Source of the DNA: an uncultured Isosphaeraceae bacterium
GTDB lineage: Bacteria > Planctomycetota > Phycisphaerae > Phycisphaerales > SM1A02
DNA length: 64,000 nucleotides
Direction: 5' to 3'
Assembly (NCBI GenBank): GCA_964481025.1
Contig: CAYZSH010000001.1
Coordinates: forward strand, 2,714-66,713
Shown: positions 44,066 to 53,210 of the stretch, in pieces
Layout: each line of letters starts with the position of its first letter
How positions within the stretch are numbered: position 1 is the stretch's first letter
Notes under the pieces: model-generated
The model's input: the letters and a program-made list of their open reading frames with translations, nothing else
The model's database searches: none
Told to the model about the DNA's origin: nothing
Program-made: the position numbers and the translations under genes

Positions 44066-46548
44066 CGGTCGGTCTCCGAGGTCGAGGCGACGGCGTCGTA
44101 GACGGCGCGACGGCGTCGCTGCTTGAGGATCGGCTTCACGTAGAAGGCGTACGCCATGCCGACGACCGCGATCACGCAGCCGAGGAGCTGGATGTACACG
44201 CCGTTGCGGTTGCCGACGCCGAGCACGGTGTAGTTCAGACCGGCGCTGGCGACGTCACCCTGGAACCTCGCCTGGTCTGGCGGATCCCACTGGGCCTGGA
44301 AGTACCAGTAGCCCTCGTGCTCGACGGGTTCGTTGACGCTCACCGGCACCGGATCGGTCCACGCCGCGGCGGGTTCGTCGCGGAAGCGGAGCATGCTCGT
44401 GTAGTTGCGGATGTTCGCGGTGTCGCCATCGAAGTCGCCGATGTGCGAGGTCAGCACGAACTCCTCGAGCGAGACCTCCGACGGCAGTTCGATGCGTCGG
44501 CGACCGAACATCACCTCGAGTCGGGTGCCATCCGCGAGCTGCAGTCGTGCCGGCTCGTAGATGTGCCGCCGCAGGACCCACTCCGGCCCCTCGAACGGAT
44601 ACTGGTGGAATCGCAGCCATCGTGACCCGCCGTCCGGCGTGGTCAATCGAAGTCGCGAGAAGAAGTCCCGGGCGTCGCGGCTTCGCTGCTCGATCGGCAC
44701 GATGAACGGCTTGGAGACGAACGTCGCCCGCGGTTCGTAGCGATCGACGGTGAGCCGCAGTCCGCCCGGCAGATCGACCGCCTGGCCGACACCGAGCTCG
44801 ACGGTCTCGGGCGTGTCGACACCGATCGCGTTGAGCAGCCGCAGTCGCGAGGGCTCGGGACCCGCGACCAGCGTGAGCAGCGCCGTCCCCGTCCCCGGTC
44901 GGTAGGTGATCTCGATCGACTCGTCGCCGACGATCGCGCCCGCGTGCCGCGGGTCGGCGACCGGCATGCCATCGACGACATCCCGGGTGAGCGTGGGATC
45001 ATCGAAGACCCAGCGTCGATACAGGCCCTTGGGGGTCGAGAGTTCGAGGATCGCCACCGACACGCGGCCGGCACCGATCGCGAGATCGTTCTGCACCGAC
45101 ACGACGCGGTAGCCGTAGCCGGTGTCGCCGATGCGGACGAACTCGCCCTCCTCGGCCTGCGGAATGCCCGCGACCGGCTGCTCGAGATCGATGTCGAGGG
45201 CCGGAATCCGAATGCCGAGGGTCGGCGTCGCGACGAGGCCGGAGAGTTCCGATTCGGACTGGAGCCAGCGCATGACCATGAGCCCGCCATCCACCGAGTT
45301 CCGGTCGGGGTCGAACGCGCGAAGGACGTAGTCGTTCCGGCGCCCCATCTCGGGGGCGGCGATCTCGATCCACGCGGTCGGGTCGAGCGCCGCATCCGGG
45401 CCGCCCGGCATCGCCTGATCGCGCATCACCGCGTACCGGAGATAGCCGGTCGCCCGGAACTCGACGTCGGGCGCCGGATCATCGGGCGAGACCGCGCGGA
45501 TCGGCACGTCGAGCGGATCGATCGGCATCGACTCGTCGCCGGTGCCGGCGTTCCACACCCAGTCGCGGTCCGCCACGTAGTCGTTGTAGAGGAAGTCGCC
45601 GTCGATCGGCCGTTCGATCCACTCGGTATCGCCGATCTTCCGCAGGTAGAGCGCCCAGCTCTTGGCAAGGTCGTTGCGGAGATACGCGTGATCGGTCGGT
45701 GCGAACTCGAGGCCGACCATGAGTTCCGGATCGAACAGCCGCTCGCCGTTGACCTTCACGTTCCGCTTGAACGGCTGGCCGCCGTCGTTGGTGAAGATGA
45801 GGTCCTCGGTGTAGTCGGGGTAGCCCGCAATGACCTGCCGGATGAAGCGTTCGCCGTCGCCCCGCTCGACCATGAGGTTGACGCTGAACGCCCGCTCGCC
45901 CTTGTCGTCGCCCGACAGCAGTTCCCACGCGGGGTCGATGCTCTGGATCGAGACGTCGTAGCGGCGTTCGCCGACCCCGATCGAGGTCGAAAGTCCGGGC
46001 ATCGCGAGAATCCGTTCCGACCCGAGCACGCCACCGGTCTCGGCGTCGGCGATCGCGATGGTGACGGCGCGGCGTGCGACCGGCGCATCGCCCTCGACCT
46101 TGGTGCCGAAGTAGTAGACGCTCCCGAGGGCGAGCATGATGATGCCGACGTGGATCATCCAGACGCCGGCGTTGATCGCGTTGAGCGGGATCCGCCGCAC
46201 GGTCGTCACCGCCATGTTCAGGCAGAGCAGCGCGATCATGACGTCGAACGGCCACCAGTGGAACCACTCGAACTCGGTCATCTCGAACGGCCGCCACTGC
46301 CGGATCTGGGCATGGACCCAGGCGTCCGGGTGCAGGATGTTCGGATGGATCGGATAGACGAGGCCCGCCGACCCGATCGACATGTAGACGAACAGGATCA
46401 CCAGCAGCACGATGCCGAGACGCACGCTGGAGAACAGGTCGAGCAGCGCCCCGATCGGGCCTCGGGTCGCGGTCTTCGCAGAAGGGGAATCGGTCATGGA
46501 GAGGCGGGCGTCCGGGGGAGTCGGCGATCGCGGATCAGAGATGGCCAT
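44062..46548 (-). CDS. ResB/CcsB-like cytochrome c biogenesis protein (enlarged)
   Basis: Start taken at ATG 46548 (MAISDPRSP; alternative ATG at 46497), because the longer track ORF (to 46896) overlaps the cyclophilin gene. ResB-like N-terminal TMs (LFSSVRLGIVLLVILFVYMSIGS...), a large periplasmic domain and a C-terminal TM are present. The stop overlaps the ccsA start. Confidence 0.8.
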   Translation of the reverse strand: MAISDPRSPTPPDARLSMTDSPSAKTATRGPIGALLDLFSSVRLGIVLLVILFVYMSIGSAGLVYPIHPNILHPDAWVHAQIRQWRPFEMTEFEWFHWWPFDVMIALLCLNMAVTTVRRIPLNAINAGVWMIHVGIIMLALGSVYYFGTKVEGDAPVARRAVTIAIADAETGGVLGSERILAMPGLSTSIGVGERRYDVSIQSIDPAWELLSGDDKGERAFSVNLMVERGDGERFIRQVIAGYPDYTEDLIFTNDGGQPFKRNVKVNGERLFDPELMVGLEFAPTDHAYLRNDLAKSWALYLRKIGDTEWIERPIDGDFLYNDYVADRDWVWNAGTGDESMPIDPLDVPIRAVSPDDPAPDVEFRATGYLRYAVMRDQAMPGGPDAALDPTAWIEIAAPEMGRRNDYVLRAFDPDRNSVDGGLMVMRWLQSESELSGLVATPTLGIRIPALDIDLEQPVAGIPQAEEGEFVRIGDTGYGYRVVSVQNDLAIGAGRVSVAILELSTPKGLYRRWVFDDPTLTRDVVDGMPVADPRHAGAIVGDESIEITYRPGTGTALLTLVAGPEPSRLRLLNAIGVDTPETVELGVGQAVDLPGGLRLTVDRYEPRATFVSKPFIVPIEQRSRDARDFFSRLRLTTPDGGSRWLRFHQYPFEGPEWVLRRHIYEPARLQLADGTRLEVMFGRRRIELPSEVSLEEFVLTSHIGDFDGDTANIRNYTSMLRFRDEPAAAWTDPVPVSVNEPVEHEGYWYFQAQWDPPDQARFQGDVASAGLNYTVLGVGNRNGVYIQLLGCVIAVVGMAYAFYVKPILKQRRRRAVYDAVASTSETDR

Positions 46549-46783
46549 CCTAGGAATCTCGACCGGTTCGCACCGGATTCGACACCGACAACCCCGCGGT
46601 TTTGCGATCGGCGACGATTCGGGGACCCCGCGTTCGGAGGCCCCTCCGCGGCCGGGTGTCGTAGAGTACGCGTCCCGTCGAACGGCCTCCGGGACCGGTC
46701 CCCGACCTCGGAGACCGGCATCCGCGGCCTCGCCGGCTCCCCCGACTCGACCTTCCCCAGATCTCTGAAAAAGGACTCTCCCG

Positions 46784-47518
46784 ATGCTCAGCCTTCGCCG
46801 TGTCGCCGTCACCGCCCTCGCCACGCTCGCGATCGCCCCCGCCGCGATGGCCGCGAAGTACGTGGCCATGACCACCTCGCTCGGTGCCATCGTCATCGAA
46901 CTCGACGACGAGAAGGCGCCGATCAGCGTCGAGAACTTCCTGACCTACGCCAAGGACGGCTTCTACGACAACACCGTCTTCCACCGGGTCATCCCCGACT
47001 TCATGATCCAGGGCGGCGGATTCGATCACCACGGCAACTATCCCGGCGGTCTGCACCAGAAGGGTGAGGGACACGGCATCCGCCCCGCGATCGTGAACGA
47101 GTGGCGGAACGGGCTGTCCAACAAGCGCGGCACGCTGGCGATGGCCCGGCTCGGCAACCAGCCCGACTCCGCGACCGCCCAGTTCTTCATCAACCTCAAG
47201 GACAACGACTTCCTCGATCAGCCGCGAGACGGCGCGGGGTACGCGGTGTTCGGCAAGGTCATCGGCGGCATGCAGGTCGTGGATGCGATCGGCGGCGTCC
47301 CCACCACTCGCGTCGGTGGCATGGGTGACGTCCCCCGCAACGAGGTCCGGATCGAGTCGGTGAAGGAGATTTCGAAGTCCGAGGCCCGGACCTTCGCGTC
47401 GCAGGCTCGACTCGACGCCGCGAAGCGACGCATGGCGGCCGCCGAGGCCGAGTTCGAGGCTGCCAAGCGGGAACTCGAGGCCGCCGAGGAGGCGGCGAAG
47501 AAGGACGAAGGCGAATGA
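46784..47518 (+). CDS. Cyclophilin-type peptidyl-prolyl cis-trans isomerase, secreted, with C-terminal coiled-coil tail
   Basis: 244 aa with a signal peptide (MLSLRRVAVTALATLAIAPAAMA), FHRVIPDFMIQGGGF, and MARLGNQPDSATAQFFI. The tail is RLDAAKRRMAAAEAEFEAAKRELEAAEEAAKKDEGE. Confidence 0.92.
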   Translation: MLSLRRVAVTALATLAIAPAAMAAKYVAMTTSLGAIVIELDDEKAPISVENFLTYAKDGFYDNTVFHRVIPDFMIQGGGFDHHGNYPGGLHQKGEGHGIRPAIVNEWRNGLSNKRGTLAMARLGNQPDSATAQFFINLKDNDFLDQPRDGAGYAVFGKVIGGMQVVDAIGGVPTTRVGGMGDVPRNEVRIESVKEISKSEARTFASQARLDAAKRRMAAAEAEFEAAKRELEAAEEAAKKDEGE

Positions 47519-48231
47519 GCCAACCGCATCCCTTCCGGGTCTACAAGGGCGACGGTGATCGGCTGATCGAGGCGAGCAGGGAGTCGCCGCAGTGCGTGCT
47601 CATGCCCGCGGGCGACCCGCGCACCGTCCGCGGCATCCGACGCATCCGCATCCAGTGGGGCCAGCACCTGCTGGAGGATCTGGTCGACGGCCGGTATCGC
47701 ACGGTGATCTGCGGCGTGAACGACGTCGACAACGACCGCGGCATCCTCGGCGAGCTGCTCCGGCTCATCCCGACCAGCCAGTGGACGCTCGCGAGCGCCA
47801 CGAGCTACGCCCGGATGTTCCGCGAGTCGGTGTCGATCCACGCCAGGGAGGACCGCGAGCCGTACGTCCTCAAGTTCGACCTCGACCGACTGCTCATCCT
47901 CGCCCTGCTGCGACCGGCCGGTCGCGATCACTTCACGCTCGAGGACATCTACCGCGGGTTCCGCACGATCTCGAAGATGCTCGAAGGCCGCCGCGAACGC
48001 CAGCCGGTCGCGACGATCTCGTTCCTCGGCGCCCGCTCGAACCGCCTCGCGTCGACGAAGACGCCGGACGGCGAACCGAGCCTCGAGTCGGTGCTCGACG
48101 CGATGCATCAGGCCGGTTTCGAAGGCGACCTCTATCCCCCCACCACCGCCTGGGACGTCGCCCCGACGAGCGTCTTCGCGAACTATCCGTTCCCGGAGAG
48201 CCTCGACCGGATGCGTGAGGGGAGTTCCTGA
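47515..48231 (+). CDS. Hypothetical protein (238 aa), translationally coupled to the cyclophilin gene
   Basis: The ATG overlaps the upstream stop (ATGA). The composition is protein-like. The motif order (TVICGVNDVDNDRGILGEL ... LLILALLRP ... VATISFLGARS) is loosely reminiscent of a macro-domain fold. That is a hypothesis only. Confidence 0.62.
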   Translation: MSQPHPFRVYKGDGDRLIEASRESPQCVLMPAGDPRTVRGIRRIRIQWGQHLLEDLVDGRYRTVICGVNDVDNDRGILGELLRLIPTSQWTLASATSYARMFRESVSIHAREDREPYVLKFDLDRLLILALLRPAGRDHFTLEDIYRGFRTISKMLEGRRERQPVATISFLGARSNRLASTKTPDGEPSLESVLDAMHQAGFEGDLYPPTTAWDVAPTSVFANYPFPESLDRMREGSS

Positions 48232-48240
48232 GGGGGATTT

Positions 48241-48425
48241 ACCACGGAGGACACGGAGGGGGCACGGAGGGCCACGGAGAGGAGACGGGTTGCATGCTTG
48301 AATACGACGGTGATTGAGCGCTCGCTTCCCGTCGAAGCCGATCAATATCGGTGAGCGTGGTGTTCAAACATGCAAGCCAACAAACTCCTCCGTGGCCCTC
48401 CGTGACTCTCCGTGCACTCCGTGGT
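48241..48425. repeat. Palindromic intergenic repeat, copy B (same family as 41741..41921)
   Basis: The left arm (48241-48285) is accacggaggacacggagggggcacggagggccacggagaggaga. The right arm (48385-48425) is its near reverse complement. The core is itself palindromic around GCATGC-containing segments. The element starts 10 nt after the stop at 48231 and ends 14 nt before the convergent stop at 48439. Confidence 0.85.
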
Positions 48426-48438
48426 AGCCCCCCAAGCG

Positions 48439-50007
48439 TCACCCGAAGCTGATCCCCTGAGCAAGCGGGAGATCCGCGCCCCAGTTGATCGTGCAGGTCT
48501 GGCGGCGCATGTAGGCCTTCCAGGCGTCCGAGCCGGATTCACGGCCGCCGCCGGTGTCCTTCTCGCCGCCGAACGCGCCGCCGATCTCGGCGCCGCTGGT
48601 GCCGATGTTGACGTTCGCAATGCCGCAGTCGCTGCCGGCGTGCGAGAGGAACCGCTCGGCGTTGCGGACCGAGTCGGTGAAGATCGCGGACGAGAGTCCC
48701 TGATCGACGTCGTTGTGGATCCGCATCGCCTCGTCGAGATCCGCGATCTCGAAGACGTAGAGGATCGGGGCGAACGTCTCTTCCTTGGTGATCGTCGGCA
48801 CGGCCCCCTTCGGGACCCTGATGATCGTCGGCTCGACGAAGTGTCCGGGGTTGGAGGCCTGACGCTCGATGCCTTCGACGCCGCCGCACACCACGGTGCA
48901 GCCTTCGGCGACCGCCCGCTCGATCGCGGACTTCATCGCCTGAACCGACTGATCGGAGATGAGCGGGCCCATGAGCGTGCCGCTCGCGAGCGGGTCGCCG
49001 ATCGGAACGGTGGCGTACGCCTTCGCGAGCGTGGCGACCACGTCGTCGACGACGTCGGTGTGGCAGAGCAGACGACGGGTGCTGGTGCAGCGCTGACCCG
49101 CGGTGCCGACCGCGCCGAACAGGATGCCGCGGATCGCGAGTTCCATGTCGGCGTCGGGCATGAGGACGATCGCGTTGTTGCCGCCGAGTTCGAGCAGGCA
49201 GCGGCCGAGTCGACCACCGACGACCTCGCCGACGCGACGGCCCATGCGGCACGACCCCGTCGCCGAGATGAGCGGCAGGTTCCGGTCGGCGATCATCGGT
49301 TCGCCGACCGCCTGATCGCTGCCGATGATGAGGCTGAAGACGTCGCAGGCGTCGCCTTCGGTCGGCACGAAGAGATCCTGTTCCCGCATGACGCGGTGCG
49401 CGATCTCGGTCATGGCGATCGCGGTGATCGGGGTGACGAGACTCGGCTTCCAGATCATCGCGTCACCGCAGACCGCGGCGAGCATCGCGTTCCACGCCCA
49501 GACCGCAGCCGGGAAGTTGAACGCGGTGATGATGCCGATGGTGCCCATCGGATGCCACTGCTCGTACATGCGGTGCTCGGCCCGCTCGCTGTGCATGGTG
49601 AGACCGTGCAACTGCCGCGAGAGACCGACCGCGAAGTCGGCGATGTCCACGCACTCCTGGATCTCGCCGATGCCCTCGGGCTTGATCTTGCCCATCTCGA
49701 GGGTGACGAGCTCGCCGAGCGGCTCGATGTGCTCGCGGAAGGCGTTGCCCATGCGACGCACGAGTTCGCCGCGCTTCGGGGCAGGGAGCATGCGCCAGGA
49801 CTTCTGGACGGTCATCGCCCGCTTCACGGTCGCGTGGTAGTCCTCGGTCGACTGAAGCGCGACGGCCGCGAGCGGCTGCCCGTCGGACGGGTTCAAGCTC
49901 ACCGCGGTCTCGCCGGCGGCGTCGGGGGCGAGAATCTGCGGATGGTTCGAGAGACCGAGGCGGTCGAGGATCCCGGCGAGGGACGGATGCAGGGTGGCGG
50001 TGCTCAT
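48439..50007 (-). CDS. Aldehyde dehydrogenase, ALDH7/alpha-aminoadipic semialdehyde (piperideine-6-carboxylate) dehydrogenase-like
   Basis: Start at ATG 50007 (MSTATLHPS). Landmarks are FNFPAAVWAWNAMLAAVCGDAMIWKPS, LELGGNNA (catalytic Glu), and GTAGQRCTSTRRL (catalytic Cys). Confidence 0.9.
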   Translation of the reverse strand: MSTATLHPSLAGILDRLGLSNHPQILAPDAAGETAVSLNPSDGQPLAAVALQSTEDYHATVKRAMTVQKSWRMLPAPKRGELVRRMGNAFREHIEPLGELVTLEMGKIKPEGIGEIQECVDIADFAVGLSRQLHGLTMHSERAEHRMYEQWHPMGTIGIITAFNFPAAVWAWNAMLAAVCGDAMIWKPSLVTPITAIAMTEIAHRVMREQDLFVPTEGDACDVFSLIIGSDQAVGEPMIADRNLPLISATGSCRMGRRVGEVVGGRLGRCLLELGGNNAIVLMPDADMELAIRGILFGAVGTAGQRCTSTRRLLCHTDVVDDVVATLAKAYATVPIGDPLASGTLMGPLISDQSVQAMKSAIERAVAEGCTVVCGGVEGIERQASNPGHFVEPTIIRVPKGAVPTITKEETFAPILYVFEIADLDEAMRIHNDVDQGLSSAIFTDSVRNAERFLSHAGSDCGIANVNIGTSGAEIGGAFGGEKDTGGGRESGSDAWKAYMRRQTCTINWGADLPLAQGISFG

Positions 50008-50119
50008 GGCGAACAGGGTACCTCGGAGGGTGGAGGCTGAAAACACACGGGACCGCGTCGGTGTCGACGCGGTCCCGCGTGGTTCCTGATTCCGGAGACG
50101 GCGCTGAAGGAACGATCGA

Positions 50120-50758
50120 TCAGTCGCGGCGACGACGGACGGCGAGGCCCGCGATCCCGAGCATCGCGATCGCCCCCGGGGTCGGGACGACGTTGCGGAG
50201 GTCGATCGAGACGCCCTCCAGCGTGGTCGGGCCGTCGATCTTGAAGAACGAGGCCCAGAACTCGTCGGTGCCCGAGTACGCCGAGACGTCGAAGGTGTAG
50301 GCGTCGTTCACGCGGAAGCGACCGTCGCCGAGGAACTCGCTGAACGTCCGCTCGCTCGAGACGGCGTCGAAGTACTCGCCCGGCGCGCCGGGGCCGAAGC
50401 CGCCGACGAACGCCTCGACCGAGGTCGGCGTCGGATTGAACGAGACGTAGGTCACGTTGAGCACGACGTCGCCGGTCGGCCGGCCCTCGCCGTAGACGTG
50501 CATGTTGAGCCCACCGGGGCTGAAGATCGATCCATCCTCGATCGAGGCACCGCCGACGAAGTTGAAGACCTGCGCCGAGAAGTCGAAGGGCGGGAAGGTC
50601 GGGAAGTTCGGCTGGGCGAACGCCGCGGAGAACGAGTCCCACTGGTAGTACAGGCTGCCGGATTCACCCCGCCACGACGGGACGGAAGGGGCGACCAGAT
50701 CGGCCATGGACATCGACGAGAGGAGGCCGACGGCGAGGCAGGAGGCGAGGCGACGCAT
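50120..50758 (-). CDS. PEP-CTERM sorting-domain secreted protein
   Basis: Start at ATG 50758 (MRRLASCLAVGLLSSMSMA, a signal peptide). The C-terminus VPTPGAIAMLGIAGLAVRRRRD follows the PEP-CTERM pattern (VPxP, hydrophobic helix, Arg cluster). Confidence 0.75.
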   Translation of the reverse strand: MRRLASCLAVGLLSSMSMADLVAPSVPSWRGESGSLYYQWDSFSAAFAQPNFPTFPPFDFSAQVFNFVGGASIEDGSIFSPGGLNMHVYGEGRPTGDVVLNVTYVSFNPTPTSVEAFVGGFGPGAPGEYFDAVSSERTFSEFLGDGRFRVNDAYTFDVSAYSGTDEFWASFFKIDGPTTLEGVSIDLRNVVPTPGAIAMLGIAGLAVRRRRD

Positions 50759-50979
50759 GAGGCGGAACTCTCCAGGGGGAGACAAGGGGGATGACCGCTG
50801 CCGCGGCCGGGAACGGGGACAAGGCGCAAGAACCGCTTGCGATTCTGAGACCCAGTCGCAAGACCGTCCACGGTAGACCGCCCACGACGCCGGGTCAATC
50901 GGACCGCCGCCCCAGTCCTGAAGACGGGCGGATCCGAGGCCGGTAGAGTCGCCAACTCGCCCCTGATTCCGGAGCCACC

Positions 50980-51642
50980 ATGCCTCTCGACCGCGATGGC
51001 ATCACCCGCCGCGCCGCCCTCGAACTCCAGGACGGCTTCTACGTGAACCTCGGCATCGGCATGCCGACCCTCGTCGCCAACCACGTTCCGGACGGCATGA
51101 CCGTCTGGCTGCAGTCGGAGAACGGGCTGCTCGGCATGGGCCCGTTCCCGAGCGACGCCGAGGTCGACGCCGACCTCATCAACGCGGGCAAGCAGACCGT
51201 CACCGGCGTTCCCGGCCATGCGTTCTTCTCGAGCGCGGAGAGCTTCGGGATGATCCGGGGCGGACACATCGACCTCGCCATCCTCGGCGCGATGGAACTC
51301 AGCCAGGAGGGCGACATCGCCAACTGGATGATCCCCGGCAAGATGGTGAAGGGCATGGGCGGCGCGATGGATCTGGTCGCGGGCGTCCGCCGCGTCATCG
51401 TGACCATGGAGCACTGCAACAAGAAGGGCGACCCGAAGATCCTGCCCGCGTGCACGCTCCCGCTCACGGGGCGTCGCTGCATCGACATGGTGATCACCGA
51501 TCTCTGCGTGATGGAGATGGATCGCGATCGCCATCGCTTCCGAGTCACCGAACTCGCCCCCGACGTCACCCGCGACGAGGTCGCCGCGAAGACGACCGCC
51601 GAAGTGCTCTTCGCGGACGAACTCGCCACGATCGGTGCGTAG
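50980..51642 (+). CDS. 3-oxoacid CoA-transferase, subunit B
   Basis: 220 aa with [26 protein letters not shown] (catalytic Glu context), [39 protein letters not shown], and CTLPLTG. Confidence 0.9.
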   Translation: MPLDRDGITRRAALELQDGFYVNLGIGMPTLVANHVPDGMTVWLQSENGLLGMGPFPSDAEVDADLINAGKQTVTGVPGHAFFSSAESFGMIRGGHIDLAILGAMELSQEGDIANWMIPGKMVKGMGGAMDLVAGVRRVIVTMEHCNKKGDPKILPACTLPLTGRRCIDMVITDLCVMEMDRDRHRFRVTELAPDVTRDEVAAKTTAEVLFADELATIGA

Positions 51643-51674
51643 GCGCTCGTTCCGGGTCACCACCGAGGCCATCT

Positions 51675-51714
51675 CACCACGGAGAGCACGGAGAGGCACG
51701 GAGGGCCACGGAGC
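51675..51714. repeat. Solo arm of the CACGGAG repeat family (4 units, no inverted partner found)
   Basis: The sequence caccacggagagcacggagaggcacggagggccacggagc lies 33 nt after the CoA-transferase stop. I saw no CTCCGTG arm before the next gene at 51793. Confidence 0.65.
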
Positions 51715-51792
51715 TTTCTTGAGTGCACGCTCGTAGTCCGCGCCCCCGCCTGACCCCCCATCTCCAATCTCGAATCTCGCGCCCCATTCTTC

Positions 51793-53172
51793 ATGTCCCT
51801 CCCCCCCCACTTCCCACTCTCCCCCCTCATGCTCCACTTCATTCGCTCGATCGCCCTTCTCCTTCCGATGCTCCTCGCCTCGTCGTCGTTCGCCGACGAT
51901 TTCGTCCCGATGTTCAACGGGAGGAACCTCGACGGCTGGGTGAATGTCAACACCGCGCCGAGCACCTGGCGGTTCGACGGTCCGGAGTTCAACCGGATCC
52001 TGATCTGCGACGGCAAGCCGACCGGCGTGCTCCGCACCGAGAAGCGGTACCGGAACTTCGTGCTCGAACTCGACTACATGCACCTCGTGCCGAAGGGCAA
52101 CGCGGGCATCTTCATCTGGAGCGATCCGCTCACGGCCCAGGGCCAGCCCTTCACCCGCAGCATCGAAGTGCAGGTGCTCGACGGCCTCAACACCGCGAGC
52201 TACACGAGTCACGGCGACATCTTCCCGATCCACGGCGCGGTCATGACGCCGGATCGCCCGCATCCCAACGGCGGCATGCGCTGCCTGCCCAGCGAGCGAC
52301 GGGCGCAGCCCGCGGGCGAGTGGAACCACTACCGCATCACCGCGATCGACGGCACGATCAAGCTTGAAGTCAACGGCAAGGAGGTCTCCGGCGGATCGAA
52401 CTGCTCCCCTCGTGAGGGCTACATCTGCCTCGAGAGCGAGGGCGGCGTCGTCTGGTGGAAGAACGTCCGCATCAAGGAACTCCCCGACGACGGCACCGAA
52501 CTTCCCGCCGACCAGCGGGCCGCGATGCCCGAGGGTTTCCGCTCGATGTACAACGGCGTCGACTTCACGGGCTGGAAGATCACGCCGGACCTCCAGCAGC
52601 ACTGGAAGTGCCAGGACTGGATCCTCGACTTCGACGGGAAGCACGGCGACCTCTGGAGCGAGGAATCGTTCGGCGATGTCGAGCTGATCGTCGACTGGCG
52701 ATGGAACGGACCGTCGCAGGGGAAGATGCAGCGTCCGCTCATCGAGCCCGACGGGTCGTACACCGTCGACGAGAACGGCAAGCAGGTGACGGTCGAGATC
52801 GAAGAGCGTGACAGCGGCATCTATCTCCGCGGCAACTCGAAGAGCCAGGTCAACATCTGGGAGTGGCCCGCGGGCAGCGGCGAGGTCTACGGCTACCGCA
52901 CCGACGGCTCGATGCCGGCCGAGACGCGGGCCGGCGCGACGCCGAAGAAGAACGCGGATCGACCGGTCGGCGAGTGGAACCGCTTCCGCATCCGCATGGT
53001 GGGCGAGACGCTCAACGTGCATCTCAACGGCGAACACGTGCTTGTCGACTGCCCGCTCCCGGGCGTCCCCGAGACCGGTCCGATCGGGCTGCAGGCCCAC
53101 GGGTCGGGCATCCAGTTCGCGAACCTGTACGTCCGTCGCCTCAACCCGGATGGCACGCCGGTCGCGGAGTGA
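51793..53172 (+). CDS. Secreted protein with two DUF1080 (3-keto-disaccharide hydrolase-like) domains
   Basis: 459 aa with a signal peptide. Two repeats start with the family's hallmark (FVPMFNGRNLDGWVNV and FRSMYNGVDFTGWKI) and end with GYICLESEGGVVWWKNVRIKEL and GPIGLQAHGSGIQFANLYVRRL. An alternative start is at 51829. Confidence 0.85.
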   Translation: MSLPPHFPLSPLMLHFIRSIALLLPMLLASSSFADDFVPMFNGRNLDGWVNVNTAPSTWRFDGPEFNRILICDGKPTGVLRTEKRYRNFVLELDYMHLVPKGNAGIFIWSDPLTAQGQPFTRSIEVQVLDGLNTASYTSHGDIFPIHGAVMTPDRPHPNGGMRCLPSERRAQPAGEWNHYRITAIDGTIKLEVNGKEVSGGSNCSPREGYICLESEGGVVWWKNVRIKELPDDGTELPADQRAAMPEGFRSMYNGVDFTGWKITPDLQQHWKCQDWILDFDGKHGDLWSEESFGDVELIVDWRWNGPSQGKMQRPLIEPDGSYTVDENGKQVTVEIEERDSGIYLRGNSKSQVNIWEWPAGSGEVYGYRTDGSMPAETRAGATPKKNADRPVGEWNRFRIRMVGETLNVHLNGEHVLVDCPLPGVPETGPIGLQAHGSGIQFANLYVRRLNPDGTPVAE

Positions 53173-53210
53173 GCCCCGGAGAAACGGCCGCCTCTTCGCT
53201 CTTGACGACG

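Noticed and set aside
44062-46896. 944-aa version of the ResB-like ORF
   Set aside because: The first roughly 115 codons overlap the start of the plus-strand cyclophilin gene and are Arg/Gly/Ala-rich. ATG 46548 (or 46497) lies just before the first ResB-type TM helix and leaves a sensible divergent promoter gap.
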